From: Octopus sinensis
Taxonomy: Eukaryota
Reading direction: 5' to 3'
DNA: 64,000 nucleotides
NCBI RefSeq assembly: GCF_006345805.1
Contig: NC_043010.1
Span: 13,640,001-13,704,000, forward strand
In this document: piece after piece, positions 23,923-37,204 of the stretch
Numbering within the stretch: the first letter of the stretch is position 1
Layout: each line of letters begins with the position of its first letter
Position numbers and translations under genes: made by a program
The notes under the pieces: generated by a model
Database searches by the model: none
The model's input: the letters and a program-made list of their open reading frames with translations, nothing else
Told to the model about the DNA's origin: nothing

Positions 23923-24024
23923 GTTTTGTTGAATTTTCCGCTGCTTTAAATAAAGCATATTACTCTACCACTGGTATTTGAGTACTCTTTTTCCATCTTG
24001 TTTCACATTTATGTGTTTACTCCA

Positions 24025-24069
<45 letters not shown>

Positions 24070-24091
24070 ATATACATATATATATATACAT

Positions 24092-24165
<74 letters not shown>

Positions 24166-24183
24166 AATATATATATATATATG

Positions 24184-24397
24184 CAATGGGGTGCCGATAA
24201 GTTCCTGGCTTTGGGTAAAAGAAAATACAAGAGGATCAGTTGATTATGATTTTATTCAATATATTCCTCTCTCAGATTCACACACTTATTGCAGTGATCC
24301 TTCAGTTTTTCTAAACCCTGTAAATGTCAGAAGGTTGGGCCTCCAACCAGGCTTCTCGCAATTTCCTTAAAGTCAGAATCTTTTCAGTACCTCCTCG
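24184..24397 (-). mobile_element. Mariner-derived MITE
   Basis: TIRs gtgccgataagttcctggcttt / aaagtcagaatcttttcagtac; inverted sister of 35771-35989. Confidence 0.7.
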
Positions 24398-25159
24398 TGT
24401 GTGTGTGTATATATATATGTATGTATGTATATGTATATTGAAGTTCATGAATTTGGATAATTTTGTATGCTGAGAAAGAAGTTGATGTTTTATGACCAAT
24501 CCTTTGTTCCTTTATCTGACTCAGATAAAGGAACAGCCTTGGAACATCTGGTTCCTCCTTTCTCTCCATAATATACAGATTTATCCAACCTCATGAAGTT
24601 TACTGCATACTTTTTGCCGAGACAAACCGCCCTAGTTTCTTCAGACTATGATTTTTACCAATATATATCAATATATATATATGTATGTATGTATATACAT
24701 TTGTGCATACATAAGTATGTGCATGCATGTATATATATATAACCAAATAGTATTTTAAATATTTCTCATGCTTACGAGAACATTCATCTTTGCAACAATC
24801 CTGTGTGATAATGTGATATTGTGATATGAAGATATAGACAATCTTTGAATACAAACTAACGGTGAATACAAATAACCATGCTTGTGGTGACTTCATATAA
24901 AGAAGGAAAAATTAAATTTTCTCATTTTATCTTTTCATTAACTCCTCACCATCTGAATATGATAAACTAGAGACACAACTAATTTTTCTTCTTTTTCTTT
25001 TATATTACATTCTGTTTGCACCAATTATGAAATTATGAAATGTTTGATATATATATAATGCACTATATAGATGCCAGTAAAAAAGTTATTCTGGGTTGGG
25101 TTTTTTTGATGTGTGCATGAGAGGTGTGCATGTGTGCATATCTATATATATTTATCTGT

Positions 25160-25343
25160 CCACACACACACACACAGATACACACACAGATATACACACA
25201 CACAGATACACACACACAGATACACACACACAGATACACACACAGACAAACAGATACACACACACACAGATACACATACACACTCACACACACACAGATA
25301 CACACACAAACGCAAATACACACTCACACACTCACACAGAGAT

Positions 25344-25388
<45 letters not shown>

Positions 25389-25640
25389 CACTCACACATA
25401 CACTCATACACATACACACAGATATATACACACACACACACTCACTCACACACACACAGATACACACTCACACACACACAGATACACACAACACACACTC
25501 ACACACACACACACACACACTTACACACACACACACAGATACACACACACAGATACACACTCACACAGAGATACACTCACACAGAGATACACAGATACAC
25601 ACACACAGATACACACACACACACACTCACACACACACAC
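25160..25640. repeat. Compound (CA)n / (CAGATACA)-type microsatellite
   Basis: Direct reading. Confidence 0.95.
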
Positions 25641-25781
25641 AGTATTATAAATCCATTTCAGCCAATTTTTACCAGTTGGGTTTCATACACGAGTTAGGAG
25701 CGGATAGGGTTTTCCCCCTAACCCCTAACCCTCACATGTGAAAGTGCTATGTAAAATCAGCTGAAACCGATCTATAATACC
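25641..25781. mobile_element. Short MITE with ~30-bp TIRs and a (CCCTAA)-like core
   Basis: gtattataaatccatttcagccaattttac vs gtaaaatcagctgaaaccgatctataatac. Confidence 0.55.
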
Positions 25782-25872
25782 GAACTGTATAAATACTAAT
25801 ATACTCACTCAATCGACAAATATATGAGTGCCTGTTTTGTTTTGTTTTTTTAACTAATGGATTCTTAGACAA

Positions 25873-26175
<303 letters not shown>

Positions 26176-26820
26176 TACTCCTACTTGGCATTAGCTGTAG
26201 TAGCTGAGAGAGTATCTTCTCTATATTTTCAATTATATTCTTCAGCTTAAATGCTTGACCCATTTTTTTTCACCTTCCATGATCCTGAATTTGCTCAGTT
26301 AATGATCTCTCTCTCACTCTCTATTTCTTTCTTTCTTTCCTTTTCTTTTTTAACTTTTGCTTATCACCATTGTAATATTTTGCATTTCCGTACAACTGTG
26401 ATCTATCGCCAATGACTCTATATATATATATATATACAAACCATTGTATATTGATTTTCCCAGACAAAATTAGTTTTTAATCTATATTTATTGAACTGCT
26501 GGCAGACAAAATCCTGTGTTGTTAAAGTCAAAATCATTTTTGTGACAACTAATATTTAGAAACACATGAATTTACTCACTTCTTAAATATAAATAAACCT
26601 TACATAAAATGATGAAATAGTCAAGTTGGTGGATAAATATATCGGAGTATTAGTTTATGGGTTGTGAATTCAAATTTGCTGCAGGTATTGCGGTTCAAAT
26701 TCTATCATGTTTGACTTTCCCTTTCATTCTTCCAGGGTCAATAAAATGGTTATATACTGTTTGATGGTTTTCGAATTAATATTTGTTGTAAATATTATTG
26801 TATTTCTGTACAAAAACTTA

Positions 26821-27582
26821 CCGTAAATCCTCGAGTATAATCCGCATTTTTTCCACAAAATTTAAAGGTTAAAAAGCAATATTGTGTACTATATACGAAG
26901 TTAAAAAAAGGCAGCGAGCTGGCAGAAATGTTAGCACGCCGGGCAAAATGCGTAGCCGTATTTCATCTGCCGTTACAGTCTGGGTTCAAATTCCGCCAAG
27001 GTCAACTTTGCCTCTCATCCTTTCGGGGTCGATAAATTAAGTACCAGTTACGCACTGGGGTCGATGTGATCGACTTAATCCATTTGTCTGTCCTTGTTTG
27101 TCCCCTCTATGTTTAGCCCCTTGTGGGTAATAAAGAAACATATACGAGGTTAAAAATGAAAATTATTTTCTAAGCAATGTTCAAGTCTCTATTTGCTGTC
27201 CGACAATGTTTATTCAGATGCATTTTGTAATGTCGGGCGCGAAAATACCTTAAGCGAAGCCTGAAAGCAATGAAGTCATAAAAGGATCACCCATAACTTG
27301 CAGTAAGCAACATTTATTAAACATTATTACTGTTATTTCTTTATTTTCTGCAAACAAAATGCACAAAAAAGCTACACGTTTGCATTATGTTATATATACA
27401 ATAATAATAAAGGACGTTACCGTATACATTTTTTACAAACCAAGGACGTTATATAGACCTCCTTGACTCAAGTTAGAGAATGGGTGCGTATTATACACAA
27501 GGTTTAGGTTTTTCAGAAGTACAGCCCCTAAAAATCCCCTACATATTATACTCAAGAGTGGAACATCCTTGAGGATTTATGG
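26821..27582. mobile_element. pogo/Tc2-like MITE, interrupted by SINE B
   Basis: TA flanks; termini ccgtaaatcctcgag / cttgaggatttatgg. Confidence 0.6.
26910..27139 (+). mobile_element. SINE family B monomer
   Basis: 17-bp TSD atatacga(a/g)gttaaaaa at 26891 and 27140. Confidence 0.9.
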
Positions 27583-27726
27583 TAACTGTAAAGGATTACA
27601 GATGGAATTATTCTGGAAACTTTTATGCAATGGGCTAGCCGAGGAAATAATTATTACTCCAGCCGGAACTAGAATTAAATATTGGTTCATTAGATTAAAT
27701 AGGTTAACATTAACTTACCTTTTTAT

Positions 27727-28420
27727 CTTTTATCTTTTACTTGTCTCAGTCATTTGACTGCGGCCATGCTGGAGCACAACCTTGAAGGGTTTTTGTCAAA
27801 CAAATCGACTCTAGGACTTGTGTTTTTTTAAGCCTAGTATTTATCTTATCCTCTTTTGCTGAACTGCTAAGTTATGGAGATGTAAACACACCAACACCAA
27901 TTGTCAAGTGGTGATGGGACTCAAACACAAACACAAAGATGCACACACAGATATATATAAATATCACTGTGACCGACCAGGCTATCAGATGTTGCTACAC
28001 ATCGCTGGTCACAATGCGCTTCGCATTGTTTTAGCCTTCAAATGATGCCACCCTGCTGGCTAAGCGAGCAGGCTAACAGAAGAAAGAGTGAGAGAAAGTT
28101 GTGGCGAAAGAGTACAGCAGGGATCACCACAACCCCCTGCTGGAGCCTCATAGAGCTTTTAGGTGTTTTAGCTCAATAAACACTCACAACGCCTGGTCTG
28201 GGAATCAAAACCGCGAGGCCACTGCCCTAACCACTGGGCCATTGCGCCTCCACATATATAAATATATATATATGTATGTATGTATATACAATGGGCTTCT
28301 TTCAGTTTCCATCTACCAAATCCACTCAAAAGGCTTTAGTCAACCCAAGACTGTAGTAGAAAGTACCTGGCCAAAGTGGCAAGCAGTGGGAAGCAAGCTT
28401 CTTACCACACAGCCATGCTT
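27727..28420 (-). mobile_element. SINE A (older variant) split by SINE D
   Basis: A tail half 27727-27930, A head half 28290-28420. Confidence 0.7.
27963..28251 (-). mobile_element. SINE family D, tail type 2
   Basis: D head at 28251; tail gctcgcttagccagc...gtgaccagcgatgtg...ggtcggtcac. Confidence 0.8.
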
Positions 28421-28805
28421 GTGCCTACTATTGTTTTTCATGATGAATGCATCTCTGACTAATTAACCCTTGATAATTTATTATTTTTAAAATATGCTAG
28501 TTTTTCACACCTACTTATATATAATACTGTACATGTACTTAGTGATTCTCTTCTCATTACTCCTTTGTCTAATAGTGAAGTTTATGCTTCACTGAGAAGA
28601 CCTAATAAGACTGAAACATCTCCAAAGTTGTCTCCCACATGTGCTGAAATAATAAAATTATTGTTAGCTATTCAGCTAATATTGTCTTTTCCTCATCACT
28701 TAATTATTTGTAATTAGACTTTTAATTCTCACTACTTTAAACATATTAAAACTAATTTAATATATAAACAGTAGACTTATTCCTGAATTGACAATATCTA
28801 GATTG

Positions 28806-29241
28806 TCATCATCATCATTGTTCGACCGTGGTCGAAACAATGGAATTTACTATGCTACACCAGACTTCACGGTCCATCATAGCATTACGGAGGTCCTGTT
28901 GCTGGATGCCTGTATCCCTGGAGATTAAATCAGGGTAGGAGAGTGTGCGCCCTCTGGTATCGTGAGTAGATGGCTTCCAGAGGAGAAGAGTAGAAATTAT
29001 CTTGTTTTCAGCTCTACAACAATGTCCAGCAAACTGGACTCTTCTACCTTTTACAAGAGATGACACAGGTGGTAGTTTACCATATATTTGTACTTTGGTT
29101 GGATGGTGCTTCCACAAGAGATTTTGAGCTCTCATAAGGAGGCAAGCGTAAGTTCCATCCAACCGCCTCTCAAGCTTCTTTGATAACGTTCAGGTTTCTG
29201 AGCCATATAGTAGAATTGGTTCGACTGTGGCTTTGAAGATT
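28806..29241 (-). mobile_element. RTE-clade LINE 3' fragment, same family as 22544
   Basis: ORF ends SIVSTTVEQ* directly into (TGA)n. Confidence 0.9.
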
Positions 29242-29632
29242 TTTTCTAGATTGTAAGTCATAAGTTACTGAACTGTTTGTGTTTATCCGGTAGCAGTGCC
29301 ATAATAAATAAACATAAAGAAGGCATGTTTATAAGATTAAAACGTTTGTTTCATTTGTTCCACAACCAGAAAGGTGAGAGTTTTCTATCATAGCCTTACA
29401 TTGACCAATTCTTTGTGAGTGGAATTTGGCTCCCTGGAAACTGTGTGGATATACATTAGTGGAGGGTGTAAATAGCAGCAAGAAAATGCCAAAAGCAGTG
29501 CTCTTTGAAACCTCTAACAATACTTGTTCTTCACATAGTTACAGACACTGACCTGTGATTCTCAATGTCAGTAGTACAGTGAACTGGTGACTGGTCCATT
29601 GGAAACCTGTAATTTATGATGCTGTTGTGACA

Positions 29633-30028
29633 TCTTTATATATAAAAGTGAGGTTGTGTGCTGTCTGTCTCCTACGATTTAGATTCCTAACTACTCCCAC
29701 ATTTTGCGGTGCAGTGTAACCAAAAGCAGGTATCTTATAGTCGTGATTCATATCAAGCCCTTCTGGGTATTAGCGCGCGTCTGCGATGAGTCTACGATTT
29801 AAAAAAATTTACCATCACTTTTTCCCATTTTTAATGCATTTTTTTGCTATTATATAAGGGAAGTAACTCTCTAAAAATGTATTATTAAATCTCAGAGCGT
29901 AAAAAGCAACAGTAACACCCCACTTTGTGGTTAGCCATATTGAGATGGCTATTATACTTTACATCTCTAAAAATGCTTATATAGTTATTTCCCTTACAAA
30001 CCTGAGCAACGCCGGGGGATACTGCTAG
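29633..30028 (+). mobile_element. Non-autonomous Helitron
   Basis: 5' a|TCTTTATATATAA, 3' hairpin cctgagcaacgccggg then CTAG|t. Confidence 0.85.
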
Positions 30029-30078
30029 TCAGAGTATAAAACAGAAATAAATACATAAATATTTACGTGCTAGTACCA

Positions 30079-30647
30079 TTGGGCTGTCCAAAAAGTTCAT
30101 GCCAATTTTTAAAGGAAAGAAAAAGGTCAATAAATACTTGACATTACATTTTTAATCAACCAAATATGAACCAATTTGTTGCACAATGCATCTCCATATT
30201 TCCTTTAACTTGAAAATACCCTCTTCCCAGAATTGAGGTGGTTTCATGGCAAAGAATTCATCAAGGTATCTTTTTATGTCATCCAAGGAATTGAAATTTT
30301 TACCATTAAAACTATTATTCAGCAGAGACCTGAATAAGTAGAAATCCGAAGGAGCAATATCTGGTGAATATGGAGGGTGGGGTAACTCATCCCAGCCGAG
30401 CTGCAGCAATTTTTGTCTGGTTCCCAAAGCATCAAGTGCCAAACATGAACTTGCTTATCTTCCATTTTAAAGGGTTACAGAATTAACACAGGTTATAGGA
30501 ACATAAACCTTCTTCCACGAAAATATAGCTTAAACTGTGCTCTAAATGGAGGCGTAATCAAATCCTATTTTATGGACTCAACCATGTTCTAAAATAAGTC
30601 GAAAGGTAAGCTGCTATAAATCGGCATGAACTTTCCGGACAACCCAA
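30079..30647 (-). mobile_element. Internally deleted mariner with TIRs
   Basis: TIRs ttgggctgtccaaaaagttcatgcc / ggcatgaactttccggacaacccaa; ORF LLQLGWDELPHPPYSPDIAPSDFYLF. Confidence 0.9.
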
Positions 30648-30654
30648 TACATAA

Positions 30655-30842
30655 AAATCATCTGTGCCAGCACCACATAAAAAGTACACTTTGTAAAGTG
30701 GTTGGTATTAGGAAGGGCATCCAACCATAGAAACGATACCAAAACAGACAACTGTGGCCTGTTGCAGCCCTCCAGCTAGCCAGCTTCTGTCAAACCATCC
30801 AACTCATGCCAGCATGGAAAATGGACATTAAATGATGATGAT
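30655..30842 (+). mobile_element. Repeat family C, diverged
   Basis: ggtattaggaagggcatcc...catgccagcatggaaaatggacattaaatgatgatg. Confidence 0.7.
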
Positions 30843-31418
30843 TTAGCTTTGTCCTGAAATAGGAACCGCTGGGACATTTTTGGCAGCTTAAGATGAAGAT
30901 CAAATCAACTGGCGCTGACTTATTGTTATTCAACAACTCATTGAGATTCACTGATTTCTTCCTCCCAAGAAGCCAATGGTAGTTGCTGAAGACAACTTAT
31001 TAAAATTAAACATAGCTTGTGAGTAACGCAGCTCATTTACAACAAGATACAAGTTTGATGACTTGTCGATAAGAGGGTCTTGAATCTCTCAAGTTTCTCA
31101 TTGTATCAAGCTACTGGCAGCTTGGCAGAAAAAAGGTAATATATGTCAGAATCATCTAAGACAGGGGTTATCAAACCGGGGTGTGCATATTTCTAGGGAC
31201 TGGCAAGATTTATAAAAGCACTTTTCGATAGTGCACTCTCAGATTGAGCATTTATAAAATAGTATTTATAGAAATAAACTTCATCAAATCTGTTTGGAAT
31301 TTGTGACTTCCAGACAACATATTTAATAATAAATTCTACCTGAACTGTTTTAGAGTAGCCAACCATTTTGCAATGTATTCTTCCCACGGGGTATGCTTAC
31401 ATTACTGGACATGATGAA

Positions 31419-31732
31419 CATCATCATCATCATCATTGTTCGACCGTGGTCGAGACAATGGAATTTACTATGCTATGCCAGACTTCATGGTCCATCATAG
31501 CATTATGGAGGTCCTGTTGCTGGATGCCTGTATCCCTGGAGATTACATCAGGGTAGGAGAGCATGCACCCTCTGGTGCCGCGAGTAGATGGCTTCCAGAG
31601 GAGAAGAGCAGAAATTACCTCGTTTTCAGCTCTACAACCAATGTCCAGCAAACTGGACTCTCCTACCTTTCACAAGAGATGACACAGGTGGTAGTTTCCC
31701 ATATATTTGTACTTTGGTTGGATGATGCTTCC
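31419..31732 (-). mobile_element. RTE-clade LINE 3' fragment, third copy
   Basis: Same 3' end, shortest truncation. Confidence 0.9.
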
Positions 31733-31989
31733 AGGTACAAAGGAAAAAGAAAAAGTTTGTCAATTGCTTCTCTAAAGTATTTTAGAATCCTCTTAGATAG
31801 TGATTTCCAAACCATGTCATAATGCACTGGTGCACTCACTGCCAGGGATCTCCAGGCATAATTAGATATTTAAAAATACAATTAAGGCTTTCAAAAAACA
31901 TCCTTACTAGTACTTGACAAATCTTGAAAAATTTTGAACAATCTATTATTCATAATTTTCCTATACATTATGATTAATAAAACAAGGTG

Positions 31990-32256
31990 ACATTGTGGTG
32001 GTGGTGGTGGTGCTACTGTTGGTATTGGTTGTTATTGTTGTTGTTGTTGTTGTTGTTGTCGGTGGTGGTGGAGGTGGTGGTGGTGGTGGTGGTGGTGGTG
32101 GTGGTGGTGGTGGAGGTGGTGGTGGTGGTGGTATTGTTGTTGGTGGTGGTGGTGGTGGTTTCTGGTGATGGTGGTGGTAGTGCTACTGTTGGTATTGGTG
32201 GTTATTGTAGTTGTTGTTGTTATTGGTGGTGGTGGTGGTGGTGGTGGTGGTGGTGA
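31990..32256. repeat. (GGT)n/(TGT)n microsatellite
   Basis: Direct reading. Confidence 0.95.
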
Positions 32257-32574
32257 TACATCCAGTCTAATAAATTTAAAGTAAGTAACAAAGAAAACGT
32301 GCCAAACATTGTTTATGGAACGCAAAACATTGGTGGGTTTCTTTCCCATCTCAACAATTACATGTCAATCCAACACCATTAATATATGAATGTGTTTAAG
32401 TTTAATTTCCAGGTCTGCAACAAAAACTGGACATGCAATTCGACTTTGTATCAACCAAATGGTAAATTAAATAAAGACAACAATTCAATCAGTTCCGACT
32501 ATTAAAATGTTTTATTTGGGCATACAGGAATTAATATATTGCCACAACCAAGATGCTAAAAATCATTACAAGGA

Positions 32575-32605
<31 letters not shown>

Positions 32606-32683
32606 GTATGTATATATGTATATATATATTACATATATATGCATATATATGCATATATATGCATATATATGCATATATATATG

Positions 32684-32769
<86 letters not shown>

Positions 32770-32867
32770 AAAATAGGATAAAATCTATATAAGAATTTAT
32801 CAAGTAGTCAGCGTGAACAACCTCATAAGGGAAAAATTATTAATTATTCCCTTTAAATATATTTATT

Positions 32868-33010
32868 TATATTAAGGGCATTACTATACATAAATGCCTC
32901 ATGCTACGAGGGACTCTTAAAGTAAAAACTACCATAATAAACACTTTGTAGCTTTGACTTTAAGAGACCCTCGTAGTATGAGGCATTTATGTATAGTAAT
33001 GCCCTTAATA

Positions 33011-33012
<2 letters not shown>
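32868..33012. repeat. Inverted repeat, 56-bp arms, 33-nt loop, beside (TA)n
   Basis: tatattaagggcattact...ctcttaaagt / actttaagag...agtaatgcccttaatata. Confidence 0.85.
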
Positions 33013-33053
<41 letters not shown>

Positions 33054-33472
33054 TATGTATGTATGTATGTATGTATGTATGTATGTATGTATGTATGTAT
33101 GTATGTATATATATATATGTTCCTTTATTTATGGGATTAACAAAAAAATGTATACCATCCAATGAGAGATTAAATATCATTTGATATACACAAGATTTAA
33201 ATGTGAGTTACAATAAGTTTCATGCTCTGATAGTACAACAGTCAGATAATTTTTTTATGGCATGTCATGTACTATCATCAATCTTTCAGACTCTTGAGCC
33301 TGTAAGATTGCACAATAGTACATGCCACACTATGAAAACCCATCCAACTGTTGAACTATCTGAGTATAAACTTATAGTAGGTCACACTTAAATCATATGT
33401 GTGTCTGTGTATATATATGTGTGTGTGTGTGTGTGTATATATAAATCTATGTATGCATATATTAAGATATAC

Positions 33473-33524
<52 letters not shown>

Positions 33525-33527
33525 TAT

Positions 33528-33790
33528 GTCTGCAATGGACTGGCGTCCCATCTAGCTGGGGAACACATATGCCATAGAAACTGGGAAACCGGGCCCATGA
33601 GCCTGGCTAGACTTTAAAAGGGCACATTTATTATGTTTTTTATATAAATTATGTATGTGTATATATATATTGGCCTGCTCGCTTAGCCAGCAGGGTGGCG
33701 TCATTCGAAGGCTAAAACAATGCGAACACATTGTGACCAGCGATGTGTAACAACATCTGATGATCTGGTCGGTCACGTGATCACGTGATA
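33528..33790 (+). mobile_element. Headless SINE tails (type 3-like then type 2)
   Basis: gatggactggcgtccc-like module at 33528-33625; ttggcctgctcgcttagcc module at 33669-33790. Confidence 0.65.
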
Positions 33791-33799
33791 TATATATAC

Positions 33800-33857
<58 letters not shown>

Positions 33858-33870
33858 ATATAGATATATA

Positions 33871-33911
<41 letters not shown>

Positions 33912-34449
33912 TATATACACATATATATATATATATATATAGAAAGAGAGAGAAAGTGAGAGATTTGCAAATATAAATACAGAGTCCGACAAAAAACAAA
34001 GTACGCACACTTCAGTAAAGGAAAAGCCTGTATAAATATTTTAATTCAGTATTTTTGCAATTTATTCAGTGTTATGGCAATTTGCTAAAACATTGAAAGA
34101 GGTATTTATATCTATAGAGGTGCTCATACAAGTCAGATATTTACACAGGTTTTTTCTTTCCTGAGGTGTGTATACATTTTTTGGTGGACTCTATATATGT
34201 GTGTGTATCTGTGGGTGTCTGTGTGTGTGTGTAAATATATATGCTATCATATATATATATCAGAAATATTAAATTTCTAAATATCTCATAGAGATATGTA
34301 CGGTGGTGGGGGCGATAGAATAGTTGTATACTGTCAACTTAACGTGACAGTCCCGTAAGGGAATTACACTACCGCTGTTTAGCCCTAGGAAGCATCGATG
34401 CTTCCTGTCGGCCTTTTACTTGTCATATATATATATTATGATATATACT

Positions 34450-34675
34450 CTTTACTCTTTACTCTTTTACTTGTTTCAGTCATTTGACTGCGGCCATGCT
34501 GGAGCACCGCCTTTAATCGAGCAACTCGATCCCAGGACTTATTCTTTTGTAAGCCCAGTACTTATTCTATTGGTCTTTTTTGCCGAACCGCTAAGTAACA
34601 GGGACATAAACACACCAGCATCGGTTGTCAAGCAATGCTAGGGGGACAAACACAGACACACAAACACACACACGC

Positions 34676-34706
<31 letters not shown>

Positions 34707-34875
34707 TATACGACAGGCTTCTTTCAGTTTCCGTCTACCAAATCCACTCACAAGGCATTGGTCGGCCCGAGGCTATAGTAGAAGACACTTGCCCAAGGTG
34801 CCACGCAGTGGGACTGAACCTGGAACCATGTGGTCGGTAAACAAGCTACTTACCACACAGCCACTCCTGCGCCTA
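34450..34875 (-). mobile_element. SINE family A
   Basis: Full-length match. Confidence 0.9.
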
Positions 34876-35245
34876 TCATATATACAGTGTAAATAAAAGT
34901 TGTCAAGGTATTACACCTTTATTCAAGCTTCAGGTGTATAGTCTTATGCATGTTCACCACTACCTGGCCCTTGCTCACCTTTAGCAGAATCCACTCTGCT
35001 TCAACTATTCAATTATTCCTTTCTTCCTCTTATCAGGCTTGGAATCCCTGAAAAGGGCCACAGGCACTGTTTTTCTTCCTCTGACTAAGGTAGTTGTAAA
35101 ATGAAGTTTTGATTTATATATGGGATAAATATAGATTATTTATCCAAAATTACAGTTTTTTTCAAACAATAAAGAGCCAAACAGAATGAAACCATCAATC
35201 AGGACATCTATGCTTAGTTTATCTCATATAAATGAACATTTGTGT

Positions 35246-35281
<36 letters not shown>

Positions 35282-35311
35282 AGATATATATGTATGTGTA
35301 TATATATACAT

Positions 35312-35608
35312 GGAGGCGCAATGGCCCAGTGGTTAGGGCAGCAGACTCGCGGTCGTAGGATTGCAGTTTCAATTCCCAACCCGGGCGTTGTGAGTGTTTA
35401 TTGAGCGAAAACACCTTAAAGCTCCACGAGGCTCCGGCTGGGGGTGGTGATCCCTGCTGTACTCTTTCACCACTCTTTCTCTCACTCTTTCTTCTATTGG
35501 CCTGCTCGCTTAGCCAGCGGGGTGGTGCCATTCGAAGGCTAAAACAATGCGAAGCGCATTGTGACCAGCGATGTGTAACAACATCTGATGGTCTGGTCGG
35601 TCACGTGA
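35312..35608 (+). mobile_element. SINE family D, tail type 2
   Basis: D head and body then ttggcctgctcgcttagcc...gtcacgtgat. Confidence 0.85.
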
Positions 35609-35726
35609 TATATATACATATATATGTGTGTGTGTGTAATGTTTGTGGTGTGTATGTATGTGTATATCTATGTATCCATGTATATATGTATACGCATACA
35701 TATGCATGTCTGTATTTGTATGCATG

Positions 35727-35761
<35 letters not shown>

Positions 35762-35770
35762 ATGTATGTA

Positions 35771-35989
35771 CAAGGGGCATGCTGAAAAGTTCCTAGCTTT
35801 AAGGGTATCGCAACAGGCCTGATTGAAGGCCCAACTTTCCAAGTTCTTTTACGGGACATAGAAAAACTGAAGGACCACTGCAATAAGTGTGTGAATCTGA
35901 GATGGGAATATGTTGAATGAAATCATGATTAACTGATACTCCTGTATTTTTTCTTTACCAAAAGCCTAGAACTTTTCAGCACCCTCTTG
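35771..35989 (+). mobile_element. Mariner-derived MITE
   Basis: TA flanks; TIRs gctgaaaagttcctagcttt / aaagcctagaacttttcagc; transposase C-terminal remnant KLKDHCNKCVNLRWEYVE*. Confidence 0.8.
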
Positions 35990-36985
35990 TATGTATGTAT
36001 ATATGTATGTATGTATGTATGTATGAATGTACGTATGTATGTATGTATGCATGTATGTATGTATGTATGTATGTATGTATGTATGTATGTATCTATGTAT
36101 GTATGTATGTATGTATGTATCTATGTATGTATGTATGTATGTATGTATGTATGAATGTATGTATGTATGTATGTATGTATCTATGTATGTATGTATGTAT
36201 GTATGTATCTATGTATGTATGTATGTATGTATGTATCTATGTATGTATGAATGTATGTATGTATGTATGAATGTATGTATGTATGTATGTATGTATGTAT
36301 GTACGTATGTAGATGTGTATGTATGTATGTATGTATGTATGTATGTATGTATGAATGTACGTATGTATGTATGTATGCATGTATGTATGTATGTATGTAT
36401 GTATTATGTATGTATGTATGTATGTATGTATGCATGTATGTAGTATGTATGTATGTATGGTATGTATGTATGTATGTATGTATGCATGTATGTATGTATG
36501 TATGTATGTATGCATGTATGTATGTATGTATGTATGTATGTATGCATGCATGTATGCATGTATGTATGTATGTATGTATGTATGTATGTATGTGTATGTA
36601 TGTATGCATGTATGTATGTATGCATGTATGTATGCATGTATGTATGTATGTATGTATGTATGTATGTATGTATGTATGTATGCATTATGTATGTATGTAT
36701 GTATGTATGTATGTGTGTGTGTGTGTATGTATGCATGCATGCATGTATGTATGTATGTATGTATGTATGTACGTATGTACGTATGTATGTATGTATGTAC
36801 GTATGTACGTATGTATGTATGTATGTATGTATGTACATATGTATGTATGTATGTACGTATGTATGTGTATGTATGTATGTATGTATGTATGTATATATGT
36901 ATATATGTATGTATGTATGTATGTATGAATGTACATATGTAGATGTGTACGTATGTATGTATGCATCCATGCATGTATATATGTG
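35990..36985. repeat. ~1-kb (TATG)n array
   Basis: Direct reading. Confidence 0.95.
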
Positions 36986-37173
36986 AGGTCAAGAAGAGTC
37001 AAATTTTTGGACAAAATTCAAACTCTTGTTTCGTTTTCATTGCATTGATAATGCCTTTGAGAAATATATTAACATAACAAACTCTTTAAAAATTTAAAAA
37101 CATAAAAACTTCTTCATCCTCAGATTGAAATCTTAGATCTATTTAAGAAGTCGATATATAATATACAATAATT

Positions 37174-37204
<31 letters not shown>

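Larger units (their letters stand above)
23686..24182. repeat. (TA)n tracts flanking a 230-bp inserted element
   Basis: TA runs 23686-23797 and 24025-24182. Confidence 0.9.

Noticed and set aside
26205-26250. CTGAAGA...GAAAATAT motif on minus beside (TA)n
   Set aside because: No convincing stem I or stem II
35995-37014. MYVC/HTYI repeat ORFs up to 251 aa (also 51243-52346, 367 aa)
   Set aside because: Translations of (TATG)n arrays
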